Below are positions 10,407 to 20,652 of a stretch of DNA of 64,000 nt, piece by piece. Below the pieces are notes generated by a model. It saw nothing but the letters and a program-made list of their open reading frames with translations, was not told where the DNA came from and ran no database searches. Position 1 is the stretch's first letter, and the number at the start of each line of letters is the position of its first letter. Both the position numbers and the translations under genes were made by a program. Origin of the DNA: Ostreococcus lucimarinus (Eukaryota); assembly GCA_000092065.1 (NCBI GenBank), contig CP000595.1; one strand, given 5' to 3'.

Positions 10407-13400
10407 ATGGAAGACCTTCGCGCCGCACTCGCTGGGTCAGTGAGCGCCGATGAGGGCACGCGCGTCGCCGCCGACGCGTTTTTAAAATCCGCCGCCGCCC
10501 GCAGCGGCGCCGCGCTCGGCCTTCTCGGCCTCGCGAGCGACGCCGCGACGGAGATGGGCACGCGGCAGAGCGCGAGCATTTACTTCAAGCATCTCGTCAA
10601 TAAGTCGTGGACGCAGCGCGAAGGCGCGACGGCGACGACGGAGACGAATCCGATCTTGGACGAGGGCGACAAAGCGGCGGTTCGACGCGTCGCGCTGGAG
10701 GCGATCGCGAACACGCCGAGCAAGGTGCGAAGTCAGCTCGTGGAGGCGGTGCGAGTGATCGTTCATCATGATTTCCCCGGGCGTTGGCCGGAGGTGGCGA
10801 ATCAGGTGCTGGATGGGTTGAACGCCGCGTCGTCGAGCGAGAGCGGAAAGCTGTGCGGGACGGTGTTGGTGTTGCACGCGCTGTGTCGAAAGTATGAGTT
10901 CAAGGCGGTGGATGAGCGAGCAGACATCGAAGAGATGATACGCGTGGTGTTTCCAAAGTTGCTGGAGATTTTGAAGGCGTTGCTTGCGTATCAAGGCCCG
11001 CCGGACACGGAATTGGAGGAGTTGAAGAAGGCGATTTGCAAGACGTACTTGAGCGCAACGTATCTTAACGTCGGACCGTCTTTGCGCGAGGAAGGGACGT
11101 TTCGGGAATGGATGGCGGCGTTTCACGCGATCATCACCGCGCCAGTGCCGACAGAGAATATGCCGACGGACGATAAGACTGAGTTGAAACATTGGCCGTG
11201 GTGGAAGACGAAGAAGTGGGCGATGCACGTCGTCAATCGGATGTTCAATAGATACGGCAACTTGAAAAAGTGCCAACCTCACGACAAGGCTCAAGCGACG
11301 GTGTATCGTGACAAATACGCTGGACACTTTGTGACAGTATACATCCAATTACTGAGCTCCCTCGCCACGGGTGCGGTGATGCCCGACCGAGTCGTCAATC
11401 TCGCCGTGCACCATCTCTCCACGGCGTTGGGGGTTCCGACGATGTACAAGCACATGGAGCCGCACCTCGATGCAATCTTCCAGCAAATCGTATTTCCAAT
11501 GCTATGTTTCAGCGCTGAGGACGACGAGCTGTGGAAGGATGATCCCCAAGAGTACGTTCGAAAATCACAAGATCTCATAGAAGACATGTATTCGCCACGA
11601 ACCGCGGCGTGCAGTTACACACAAGAATTGGTGATTACCGGCAGGCGTCTGAAGGAAAACTTGCCAAAGGTGTTAGGCGCGATGGTTCAAATATTCACCA
11701 AAAACTCTTCCAGCGTCAGATCCGGGCCGATGGACGCTAGAGCGCGATACGAACTCGATGGCGCGCTGCTCGTCATCACCACCCTGTCGCAACTTTTATC
11801 CACGCACCCGGATTACGCAAAGGAAATCGAAGGTATGCTCATGACGCATGTTGTTCCGGCATTTGGTTGTGTACATGGTCATATTCGCGCCAAGGCGGTA
11901 TCGTGCGTATCAAAGTATTCGGATATCACGTTCCGAGACCAGAATAACTTTATGCAGCTGTTTTCGAGCGTCGTAAATGCGATGAAGGATCCCGAAATTC
12001 CGGTGAGGTTCGAGGCAGTCGTTGGGCTCGGAGCTTTTGTGCAAGCCACAGACGACGTGAGCGCGCTGAAGGGTATTCTACCACAGTTGTTAGACGAGTT
12101 TTTCAAGCTCATGAACGAAGTGGAGTCGGAAGATGTTGTGTACACGCTTGAAACAATCACCGAAAAGTTTGGCGAAGACATCGCGCCCTTCGCTTTGGGC
12201 ATGACGCAGAACCTCGCCGCAGCGTTCTGGAAGGTTGTGCAAGAAGCTGAAGGAAAGGATGACGATGAGTACGGCATGATGGCATGCATGGGATGTCTGC
12301 GCGCCATGTCGACGATTCTCGAATCCGTTTCTAGTTTACCGCACATGTACCCCGAACTTGAAGCCGCCGTGTTCCCAATTTTGCATAAAATGATTAGCGA
12401 AGAAGGATACGACGTGTTTGAGGAAGTTTTGGAGATATTGTCCTACCTAACGTATTTCACTCCGGTCGTGACACCACGCATGTGGGAACTCTGGCCGCTG
12501 ATGATGCGCATGATGGATGACTGGGCGCTGCAATATTTCGAGAATATGCTCATTCCGCTCGACAACTACATCAGTCGAGGCACGGAGCACTTTCTCACCC
12601 CTGGCTCGAGTTACGTGGAAGATACGTATAAGCTGTGCGAAAAGGTATTAGGAGGCGATTATCCCGAGCCCGATTGCTTGCCAGCGCCAAAGTTGATGGA
12701 GTGCGTGATGACGAATTGCCGCGGCCGCGTCGACGTCGTCATCGAACCGTACGTGAACATTGCACTTGCGTGTCTCGCGACTGCGGAGTTGCCACACTTT
12801 AGGGATTGGCTCATGATGACTTACGCGCATGCACTTCATTATAACGCATCGCTTGCGCTGGCAGCGACGAACCGAACTGGCAAAACGAACGAAGTGTTCG
12901 CGTTGTGGTCGAACATGCTCGCCGAGCGCAGGAAGAGTGGAGAACGTAAAAACTTCACCTCTGAACACGCCAAGAAAGTTTGCGCGTTGGGACTCATGGC
13001 GCTTTTGCAAGCGCCGGCAGAGTCGTTAACACCTGAGATTCGAGGTGCGCTCGGAGGTATTCTTGACACGCTCATCTCTTTACTCGAAGATTTGCGATTG
13101 CAAATCACGGAGCGCAAGTCGGATGAAGCGAGCGGCAAGAGTAGGCATCAATGGAATGGCCTTGGCCTCTTCGACGGCGAAGACGAATACGAGGAACACA
13201 ACTTTGACGAAGAGGACGATGATGGAGAAATGCACTTTGACGCGACGACGCTCCGCGCGTTGGCGAAGCAAGCGCAAGACGCTGATCCGTACTCTCGCGC
13301 CGGCGACGTCGACTCAGAAGACGACGAGCATTTCTTCTTCGACGACGATGACGATTCGTGCCAAAGCCCGCTAGACGACATTGACACGTTCATCGTATTT

Positions 13401-13565
13401 TCGGAGTGCATGAATCAGTTGCATCGCACCGGTAGTCTCAATCCGAGCGCTGAATCTCATTCAAAATTGCAGGAGTTGATCAATCACGCCGCGATTCGTG
13501 CCGAAGAGTTCCCTCGAGAGCGCGCGGAGGCGAAGAAGGAATCACACGGCGTGTCTGGTAGTTGA
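10407..13565 (+). CDS. Importin-beta family nuclear transport receptor (importin-7/8 / RanBP7-like)
   Basis: Importin-N-like N-terminus (AFLKSAAARSG...IYFKHLVNKSW). About 1050 aa of HEAT-like repeats and an acidic C-terminus. ATG at 10407. Confidence 0.8.
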   Translation: MEDLRAALAGSVSADEGTRVAADAFLKSAAARSGAALGLLGLASDAATEMGTRQSASIYFKHLVNKSWTQREGATATTETNPILDEGDKAAVRRVALEAIANTPSKVRSQLVEAVRVIVHHDFPGRWPEVANQVLDGLNAASSSESGKLCGTVLVLHALCRKYEFKAVDERADIEEMIRVVFPKLLEILKALLAYQGPPDTELEELKKAICKTYLSATYLNVGPSLREEGTFREWMAAFHAIITAPVPTENMPTDDKTELKHWPWWKTKKWAMHVVNRMFNRYGNLKKCQPHDKAQATVYRDKYAGHFVTVYIQLLSSLATGAVMPDRVVNLAVHHLSTALGVPTMYKHMEPHLDAIFQQIVFPMLCFSAEDDELWKDDPQEYVRKSQDLIEDMYSPRTAACSYTQELVITGRRLKENLPKVLGAMVQIFTKNSSSVRSGPMDARARYELDGALLVITTLSQLLSTHPDYAKEIEGMLMTHVVPAFGCVHGHIRAKAVSCVSKYSDITFRDQNNFMQLFSSVVNAMKDPEIPVRFEAVVGLGAFVQATDDVSALKGILPQLLDEFFKLMNEVESEDVVYTLETITEKFGEDIAPFALGMTQNLAAAFWKVVQEAEGKDDDEYGMMACMGCLRAMSTILESVSSLPHMYPELEAAVFPILHKMISEEGYDVFEEVLEILSYLTYFTPVVTPRMWELWPLMMRMMDDWALQYFENMLIPLDNYISRGTEHFLTPGSSYVEDTYKLCEKVLGGDYPEPDCLPAPKLMECVMTNCRGRVDVVIEPYVNIALACLATAELPHFRDWLMMTYAHALHYNASLALAATNRTGKTNEVFALWSNMLAERRKSGERKNFTSEHAKKVCALGLMALLQAPAESLTPEIRGALGGILDTLISLLEDLRLQITERKSDEASGKSRHQWNGLGLFDGEDEYEEHNFDEEDDDGEMHFDATTLRALAKQAQDADPYSRAGDVDSEDDEHFFFDDDDDSCQSPLDDIDTFIVFSECMNQLHRTGSLNPSAESHSKLQELINHAAIRAEEFPRERAEAKKESHGVSGS

Positions 13566-13657
13566 ACGAGTACCAGCATACCGGCGGTACGTTAGACTGA
13601 TAATTATGTGAATATACTTAGTACAACAAGTAGCTAGATCGTACGTTTTTTACCTCG

Positions 13658-15487
13658 TTATTCGTCGAGATTTATTTCGTTGAGAATGCGAGACATCTCG
13701 TCGGGGATGTTCGCGTGCTTAAAAGACATTTCAAAGTTTTCGACGTCATCTCTATCGACGCGCTGTAACCCAGCCAATCCGAGCGTCGTATCAACGCTCT
13801 TGAGTCTATAAAAGAACAGCAGCATCCAGTCGTCGGGGACGTACACATTGACCAGTCGCCCCGATACCACTTCTCGCATCGGTTCCCAGACTTTATTCGA
13901 CGTAGACATCGGCGCCGAAATGAACACGACGCGCTCGACAATTTTCTTTCCCTTTTCACCAGCGGCGTGGAGCTTCATCAGCGCGCTCTGAACCACAAAC
14001 GCGCCAGAGCTGTACGTCACGAACGTCACGGGTCGTCGACCGTGCTGCTGGGTGAGCAAAGCGTTGGCGATTTCCTCCCCGGCGATTTCCGCCTTTGCTC
14101 GCGCAATCGTCCACGGATTGTCTAGGTAGCACGCGCAGCTGAGGAGCGTCACCGGCCAAGACACCGCGGTCGTGATCGACGCGAGCGCGGTTCGAGCTAA
14201 AACTTTCGGCGCGGCGACCGTGATGGCGTACTTACCACCCACGAACTGCATCGCGGTGCCGAGTTCGGTGAGCGTGGACGGCTCCCAGTTCAGCACGTAT
14301 TGTTCGCCGGTGTGATTTCCCCACTCAGGTTTTGCCGCCGGCGCTTCGGCGTCCTTCTCGTCGATCGTCTTCTCCAGCACGACCTCCCTCATCTTTTCCA
14401 CCAGCGAGTCCATTTTTTTATCCAACGCCTCGTCCTTGGTGAGTTGCAGTCGTAGCTCCAACGGCCGCGGCATGGCTTCCAGTTCCTCAATCTTCGGCGT
14501 CTTGCCCTTCTTGCTCAAGATTTTACTCGAACGCGAACGCGCCAACTCTTGCGGATCGATCGAGCGGTAAGAAACCAAGATACTCCCAGAGATCACCCCA
14601 GCCAGAGACGCCGCGCCCTTGACGGTCTGCTTCAACGCGTCGGTGGTTTGCACGATCAAATAGCCGTCGTCGTCGCGCTCGAGCGTCATCCCGAGTTCGC
14701 CCGGATCATCGATCACGACGACGTATTGATTCTTTTCCGCTCCCCACGCGCGGAGTAAATCGCGCTCATCGCGCAAAAATCCAGGAACGAACACGTGCAG
14801 CGCGAATCGTCGCCCGACGCCGCGCAGAGGAATGAACTGAAACTGTTCCATCTCCGTCGACGTTCGACGCAACATCGCGTACCCAGTCAGCCCCGCGCCC
14901 GTGGCGCCGAACACGGCGCCGACGCCGCCCAGCGTCGCCAACACCCCCGTCGTCGCCGCGCCTATCACGCCCAGCCCGCTCAACGACGCCAGCACCGCCG
15001 GCGCCGCGACCCCCCCCGTGACGAACAACGCCGCCCCCCCGATCGCCGCCGCTCCACCGATTTTCACCGCCCGCGTCCACGACCACTCCCCCTCCGCTCG
15101 TTCTTCGCTCTCCGATTCGCTCCCATCGTCCAACGCCGCCGCGCGTCGCATTCGCTCCGCCGCGCCGTCCTCCGCCTCCGCGAACGTCCTCCACGACTCG
15201 CCCGCGCGCGTCGCCCGCGTTCTCAATCCCGCTCTCGCGTCCGCGTCGTACGTCCCGCTCGCGATCAGCGCCTCCGCCGCGAATTCCACGCTCATGCGCT
15301 CCATGCTCTCCTCCTCGTCGCCGGATTCGTCGTACGTCGCCATGCGTCCCGCGCGTCGCGTCTCCGCCGCCGCCTCGAGCGCGCGTCGAACGCGCGCCCC
15401 CGTCTCTCGTCGCCGTTCGCGCGTCCAGTGCGCGCGTCCCACGTCCGCGTCGAAGTCCACGACGGACCAATCGATCGTCGTCGGCAT
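13658..15487 (-). CDS. DUF726 / TMCO4-like transmembrane alpha/beta-hydrolase-like protein
   Basis: C-terminal DUF726-like region (VTFVTYSSGAFVV, ISAPMSTSNKVWEPM) with TM helices. The maximal ORF reaches 15658, where its ATG overlaps the ATG of the opposing gene. I chose the next ATG at 15487. The start is uncertain. Confidence 0.55.
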   Translation of the reverse strand: MPTTIDWSVVDFDADVGRAHWTRERRRETGARVRRALEAAAETRRAGRMATYDESGDEEESMERMSVEFAAEALIASGTYDADARAGLRTRATRAGESWRTFAEAEDGAAERMRRAAALDDGSESESEERAEGEWSWTRAVKIGGAAAIGGAALFVTGGVAAPAVLASLSGLGVIGAATTGVLATLGGVGAVFGATGAGLTGYAMLRRTSTEMEQFQFIPLRGVGRRFALHVFVPGFLRDERDLLRAWGAEKNQYVVVIDDPGELGMTLERDDDGYLIVQTTDALKQTVKGAASLAGVISGSILVSYRSIDPQELARSRSSKILSKKGKTPKIEELEAMPRPLELRLQLTKDEALDKKMDSLVEKMREVVLEKTIDEKDAEAPAAKPEWGNHTGEQYVLNWEPSTLTELGTAMQFVGGKYAITVAAPKVLARTALASITTAVSWPVTLLSCACYLDNPWTIARAKAEIAGEEIANALLTQQHGRRPVTFVTYSSGAFVVQSALMKLHAAGEKGKKIVERVVFISAPMSTSNKVWEPMREVVSGRLVNVYVPDDWMLLFFYRLKSVDTTLGLAGLQRVDRDDVENFEMSFKHANIPDEMSRILNEINLDE

Positions 15488-15656
15488 CGCGTCGCCGTCG
15501 CTCGAGACGCGCGTCGGATTCGGATCGGAATTCGCGTCGCGCGCGACGATCCGCACTCGCGAGCGCGACGCGCGCGCGCGTCCGAGCGCGCGCGATGGCG
15601 AACCCGTGCCCGACGCCGTACCCGGAGCGGTGCGCGCGCGTCCGAGCGCGGCGCGC

Positions 15657-17567
15657 ATGCGAGCGCGCGGCGCTCTGACGAACTCGACCGCGACCGTTGG
15701 AGCGCGACGATTCGAGCGCGATTCGAGCGCGGCGACTGACCCGCGCGCGAACGCGCGACGCAGGTTTCACGCGGCGACGCGCGTGGGGAACTCGAGCGCG
15801 GCGCGGTCGTTTTTCAGCGACGAGACGCGATTGATGCTCTTCGCGTTGGAGCGACGCGCGACGCGCGGCGCGTTGACGACGGTGCGCGAACAGACGGGCG
15901 CGTCCGACGCGGAGGCGCTGGCGGAGGACGCGCACTTGGCGGAGGGCGACCCGCGGGCGCTGCGAGCGATGGCGCGGGCGTGGGAGGCGCTGGACGCGAC
16001 GCCGGCGAACGAGGCGATGCGGCTGTACGTCAAGGTGCTGGACGAGGAAAAACCGAATTGGTGGGACGGCGCGGCGACGGAGGCGCGGCGAAGCAATCGT
16101 GGGATGCACGCGAAGGGCGGGATGGAGGCGCTGCCGGAGGCGATGCGCGTCGAGCGCGGGAGATGGGAGTTTTTGGAGTACGCGGGGACGAAGCCGACGG
16201 CGCGGTTTCAACACGCGGCGACCGTCGCGGGCGCGAAGATGTACGTCATCGGGGGATCGTTTCGCGGACGATTCATGAACGACACGCACGAGCTCGATTT
16301 GACGACGTCGACGTGGCGGCGGTTGAAGACGAAGCCGGGGACGAGCGCGTTACCGGCGTGCGCGGGGCATCGGGCGGTGACGTGTCGAGGCGTCGTCTTC
16401 GTCGTCGGCGGCCGGTTCAAGGGACCGGAGACGAGCGCCATGTCGGTGTACAGGATGGAAACGAAAGACGATGGATTAGACGAAGTGGAATGGGTCAAGA
16501 TTGAAACCGGCGGAGACGAAGCGCCGTGCGCGCGTCGCGGCGCCTCGGTCACGATGGTCGGCGAACACAAGTGCATCGTCTTCGGCGGCGAAGACGACGA
16601 GCGACGATTTTTGAACGACGCGTGGATTTTAGACATGACTTCTTTCGTGTGGCGCGCGGTGAAGGCACCCGGTGGGCACCCTCCAGAGTCTCGCGCGGAG
16701 CACACTGCGACGATGTGGGGCCAAGACACGCTGCTCGTCTTCGGCGGTACGGGCAGATCGACGAAATGTTTTTCATCACTCTTTGCGCTCGACTTAGTGC
16801 AACACAAATGGATAGAGGTGAATCCTCGCGGCGCGGCGCGCGTCGAGCCTCGCGCGGGTCACGCGGCTGTCTTGATCAAAGACGGTCGGTTCTGGGTCCT
16901 CGTCGGCGGAGGCAACAACGAGCGCGGGCTCTCAGAGTGTTCGATTTTAGATTTGGAGGAGATGGAATGGGTCGATCGGAACGATGCATTTCTCGCACCG
17001 CCGATCGTGGGAGAAGGCATGACGTTGTGCGCGCTGAGCACGCGCGATGGTATGGAGGACGCCGTCGTCGCCTTTGGTGGATACAACGGAGCGTGCCAAA
17101 ACGAGACGCAAATCTTGCGCGTGCCGGAAGATTTCCCCGAGCACGAAGCCCTGGCGAGCGATGAAAATCGCGCTCCACCGGTGAGCACGAGCGTTCTGCG
17201 CGATGACAAGTCGATCGAACGAGACGACGAACGAGACGACGAACACGCGTCCTCCCCGGCGTCGGCGCTTATCGATTTCGCTAGTCCGGACAAGCCGGCG
17301 GCGACCACCTTCGCTTTCGGCACCGACGCGAGCGTGCAGGCGTACAGAAAAGAAAACGTCGAGCTCCGTCGCGCGTTACATCGCATGCGGAACGACGCCC
17401 AAATCGTCGCCGACGCACACGCCGCCCTCCGCGTGCGATGCGAGGACCTCGAGCGCGGCTTGAGCGACGAGCGCCGCCGCAACGAAGACCTCGAGCGCAA
17501 AGTCGCCGCGCTCGCGGAGCAAATTCGCGGCGGTTTAGGTGCCAGCGGTTCATTCTTCTCTCCTTGA
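15657..17567 (+). CDS. Kelch-motif acyl-CoA-binding protein (class IV ACBP, ACBP4/5-like)
   Basis: The ACB domain (RFHAATRV...LMLFALERRATRG...EAMRLYVKVLDEEKPNWW) aligns with Arabidopsis ACBP4. It is followed by several kelch repeats (KMYVIGG, VVFVVGG, KCIVFGG, LLVFGG, FWVLVGG) and a C-terminal coiled-coil. The upstream part of the track ORF (14901..15656) is a GC-content artefact. Confidence 0.75.
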   Translation: MRARGALTNSTATVGARRFERDSSAATDPRANARRRFHAATRVGNSSAARSFFSDETRLMLFALERRATRGALTTVREQTGASDAEALAEDAHLAEGDPRALRAMARAWEALDATPANEAMRLYVKVLDEEKPNWWDGAATEARRSNRGMHAKGGMEALPEAMRVERGRWEFLEYAGTKPTARFQHAATVAGAKMYVIGGSFRGRFMNDTHELDLTTSTWRRLKTKPGTSALPACAGHRAVTCRGVVFVVGGRFKGPETSAMSVYRMETKDDGLDEVEWVKIETGGDEAPCARRGASVTMVGEHKCIVFGGEDDERRFLNDAWILDMTSFVWRAVKAPGGHPPESRAEHTATMWGQDTLLVFGGTGRSTKCFSSLFALDLVQHKWIEVNPRGAARVEPRAGHAAVLIKDGRFWVLVGGGNNERGLSECSILDLEEMEWVDRNDAFLAPPIVGEGMTLCALSTRDGMEDAVVAFGGYNGACQNETQILRVPEDFPEHEALASDENRAPPVSTSVLRDDKSIERDDERDDEHASSPASALIDFASPDKPAATTFAFGTDASVQAYRKENVELRRALHRMRNDAQIVADAHAALRVRCEDLERGLSDERRRNEDLERKVAALAEQIRGGLGASGSFFSP

Positions 17568-17752
17568 TTTCGTTTAGCGTTTAGTGTTTAGCATTTCACC
17601 GCACATGCATCGCGTTTCAGCCGCGCGCCGCGTCTCCTGGCCTCCCTCTCCTCGAAAGTGACGCGAAGAGTCGCGCGCGCCGCAGTGCGCGACGCGCGCG
17701 ATCGCCGCGCCCGAGAGCGCCACGAACGCGAACGAACGCGAACGAACGCGTG

Positions 17753-19801
17753 ATGGGGCTTCATCTGCGTCAGCGCGCGCAGGAGTTGGCGCGCACGGTC
17801 GCGACAACGCGCGGCCGTCCGTCGCGCAGTTCGTCGCGCAGAGACGCGACGGAGAGCGAGCACGAGCGCGCGAATCGCATCGTGCGCGAGCGCAAGCTCA
17901 ACTACGATCGATTGTCGTTCTGCGTCATGGCGTGCGCGATGTGGGCGATGCTGCGGTTCGCGTTCGGGGAGGTGATGGCGCCGAACGGGGCGAACGTCGA
18001 GCTGAGCGGCGGCGGCGTCTGGGCGGTGGCGCTGATTTGGGCGTGCGCGCACGTCGGTGGGGCCGCGGCGGTGATGTGTGGGCTACCGTCGTTGACTGGA
18101 ATGTTGTTGTGCGGGTTGCTGCTGAGAAACGTGCCGGGAGGCCTGGTGAACGATTTGCCAGAGCGGTGGTCGAGCGACATTCGCGCCGCCGGTTTGAGCG
18201 TGATTTTAATGCGGAGCGGGTTAGAGTTAGATTTGGACGCGTTTCGCTCGATAGGATGGATGGCGAGTCGATTGACCGTCATGCCAGGGCTCTCTGAAGC
18301 GATCGCGTGCGGGTTATTTTCGATGCTGATATTTAAAATGTCGTTCCCGCTCGGGATGTGCTTGGGGTTCATCCTGGGCGCGGTGTCGCCCGCGGTGGTG
18401 GTGCTCGGCATGTTTGAGTTACAATCGCTCGGTTACGGCGTGGCGAAGGGAATTCCGTCGTTAGTCGTCGCGGCGGCGTCGTTTGATGACGTCGTAGCGA
18501 TCACGGGGTACACGATCTTCAAGTCGTTCGCGCTAGGCAGCAAGGGACACATGGCGTGGACGATTTTGCACGGTCCCGTGGACGTGTTGGCGGGTCTGTG
18601 CGTCGGCACGCTCGGGGGGGTTATTTGCGGTATGACGAAAATTTGGAACGAGCGTTGGAAGAGATCGTCCATGGTTATGATTTTAGGGTTGTTTACGATG
18701 TTCTTAGGTCGACATTACGGGTTCAACGGTGGTGGCGCCATGTCCGCGCTCGCTTTGGGCATCTCGGCCAATAAGTGTTGGCGCACGAACAAGCCGCACC
18801 CGGCGCTGACAAACGGACCTTCCGACGATCACGCGCACGGTGTGGAGACTGATTTGGCCAAGTTATGGCGTTTCATATTTCAGCCCTTGCTGTTCGGCGT
18901 CATCGGCACGGCGGTGAGTTTCAAAGACGTCACGCCGTCGACGATTCCCAAATCCATCGGTCTTCTCCTCATCGGTATTTGCATTCGTTTGCCCATGGCT
19001 TATGTAGCCGTGGGCGGCGGTGAGCTATCGCGAATCGAGCGCGCGTTTGTGTCTTTGGCATGGATCCCCAAAGCCACCGTCCAAGCTGCGCTGGCATCTG
19101 ATCCGCTGGATTACATCATAGAGAAGAAAAAATCCGCCGAGTACGTGTCGTGGGGCAACGACATTCTCACTACGGCGGTATTTTCAATCATTTTAACCGC
19201 GCCGCTCGGAATGGTCATCATCGCCACGCTCGGGCCGAAGTGGTTACAGAAGGATCAGAAGAACGCCATCGTGAGCAACGTCGAGCCCGGAGACGACATT
19301 GTCAAAAAAGTTGAGCTGGTCCGAAGAAACTCAATTGAAACTGCGGCGCGACGAACGAGCGAGGAACGTCGCGGCAGTTCCGTCGACGGCGGTTCGCCGT
19401 TCAGCGAACGTGTTGCAGACTTCTGGCGCGATGATGGCGCGTCATCTCGTCGCGATCAACGCGAAGGGAGCGTGATTTCAGAAGCTGACTCGCCAACCGG
19501 ACTGAAGGGCGCGTCGGCGAGCGAAAAGCTCGTCTATCACCTCGCCACCCTTCGCGATTTCGCCACGGATTCCGCAAACCTCGAACCTGAGGACATGAAG
19601 CTCATCCAAGACGCTTCGGACGAAATCGAAGCAATCATGCGCGAGCATTTACCGCGCGTGCGCTCGGTGGACACTCCGGGTTTGTTCTTCCGTCGAACGT
19701 CGGCGACGTACGCCGATTTAGACCTTCCCGCGCCCGAGGAATTCATCGAAGCCGACGTCGAGGTCACGGACCCGCGCGTCAACTCGGACGAAGCAGTGTA
19801 G
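17753..19801 (+). CDS. CPA2-type Na+(K+)/H+ antiporter, NHA2/SLC9B-like
   Basis: GLPSLTGMLLCGLLLRNVP resembles the NHA2 LPxLxGxLLxGxxLRNxP motif. AAASFDDV is a DD motif. 10-12 TM segments. First ATG at 17753. Confidence 0.7.
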   Translation: MGLHLRQRAQELARTVATTRGRPSRSSSRRDATESEHERANRIVRERKLNYDRLSFCVMACAMWAMLRFAFGEVMAPNGANVELSGGGVWAVALIWACAHVGGAAAVMCGLPSLTGMLLCGLLLRNVPGGLVNDLPERWSSDIRAAGLSVILMRSGLELDLDAFRSIGWMASRLTVMPGLSEAIACGLFSMLIFKMSFPLGMCLGFILGAVSPAVVVLGMFELQSLGYGVAKGIPSLVVAAASFDDVVAITGYTIFKSFALGSKGHMAWTILHGPVDVLAGLCVGTLGGVICGMTKIWNERWKRSSMVMILGLFTMFLGRHYGFNGGGAMSALALGISANKCWRTNKPHPALTNGPSDDHAHGVETDLAKLWRFIFQPLLFGVIGTAVSFKDVTPSTIPKSIGLLLIGICIRLPMAYVAVGGGELSRIERAFVSLAWIPKATVQAALASDPLDYIIEKKKSAEYVSWGNDILTTAVFSIILTAPLGMVIIATLGPKWLQKDQKNAIVSNVEPGDDIVKKVELVRRNSIETAARRTSEERRGSSVDGGSPFSERVADFWRDDGASSRRDQREGSVISEADSPTGLKGASASEKLVYHLATLRDFATDSANLEPEDMKLIQDASDEIEAIMREHLPRVRSVDTPGLFFRRTSATYADLDLPAPEEFIEADVEVTDPRVNSDEAV

Positions 19802-19902
19802 ACCATAGATGTCGCGCAGCTTTCGCGGTCGACGTCCTCTCGATATCGATGTAACGAAGAAACCGCCCCGCGGCGCCGCACACGTCGACTCTCCGTCGCG
19901 CC

Positions 19903-20601
19903 ATGTCGCACGCCGTCGCCTCGACGTCCTCGCGCGCGCCGCGCGCCCACGCGACGCGTTGCCGGCACCGTCGCACGCGCGCGCGCGTCGTCGTTCGCGC
20001 CTCGGCGGCGCCGAGCGACGAGGAAACGCCCGAAAGCGTGCTCAGAGTGAGCCGACGAACCTCGTTCGAAGGTCTCAAAGCCGCGCGTCGCGTCGAGTTA
20101 CAGGCGGCGCGCGACGCCGGCGACGACGAGAGAGCGGCGAAAGTGGAGTGGGCGTTCGATGCGCTGATCGCGCAGTCAAAAACGTTCTTCGAAGAGCGCG
20201 TGAAGACGGATGAGAGTCCAGAGAGTCGATTCATGTTGGGCAACTTTTATCAAACGCTGGAAAAGTTTGACGACGCGGAGCGGGAGTATCGACGCGCGCT
20301 GGAGCTCGGGACGAACGTGGACGCGGCGAATAATTTAGCGATGATATTACAGGCGCGAGGAGAGTTAGATGAGGCGGAAGCGTATTACTTAAAGGCGTTA
20401 GAGCCGGATCCCGATTGCGTCGACGTGCTCTTTAATTGGGCGACGTTGAAGCTCGAGTGTCGAAAAGACTTGAACGCCACGCGGATTTTGATTGAACGCA
20501 TCGTTACGATACAGCCAGATCTTAAGAAACATCCGCTGGTGAAGGCGTTGAGGGACGACGACGACGACGACGACGACGAGCCGTTCATTCCGCCGATTTA
20601 G
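19903..20601 (+). CDS. Small TPR-repeat protein with an N-terminal presequence
   Basis: Three TPR-like repeats (FMLGNFYQTLEKFDDAEREYRRALEL...AEAYYLKALEPDPD). An acidic tail is encoded by (GAC)8. ATG at 19903. Confidence 0.55.
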   Translation: MSHAVASTSSRAPRAHATRCRHRRTRARVVVRASAAPSDEETPESVLRVSRRTSFEGLKAARRVELQAARDAGDDERAAKVEWAFDALIAQSKTFFEERVKTDESPESRFMLGNFYQTLEKFDDAEREYRRALELGTNVDAANNLAMILQARGELDEAEAYYLKALEPDPDCVDVLFNWATLKLECRKDLNATRILIERIVTIQPDLKKHPLVKALRDDDDDDDDEPFIPPI

Positions 20602-20652
20602 TTTCGATTTGTGAATGTGAATTGAAAATTTCGAGCTGCAATAGTTTTGCGT

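Noticed and set aside
14766-16289. 507-aa minus-strand ORF (and many similar ones, e.g. 48238..49674, 48732..50315, 30126..31181, 8089..8841, 55532..56629)
   Set aside because: Extreme Arg/Ala/Gly/Val composition. They lie antisense to or out of frame with well-supported genes. This is typical of stop-codon-poor GC-rich DNA and is not coding.
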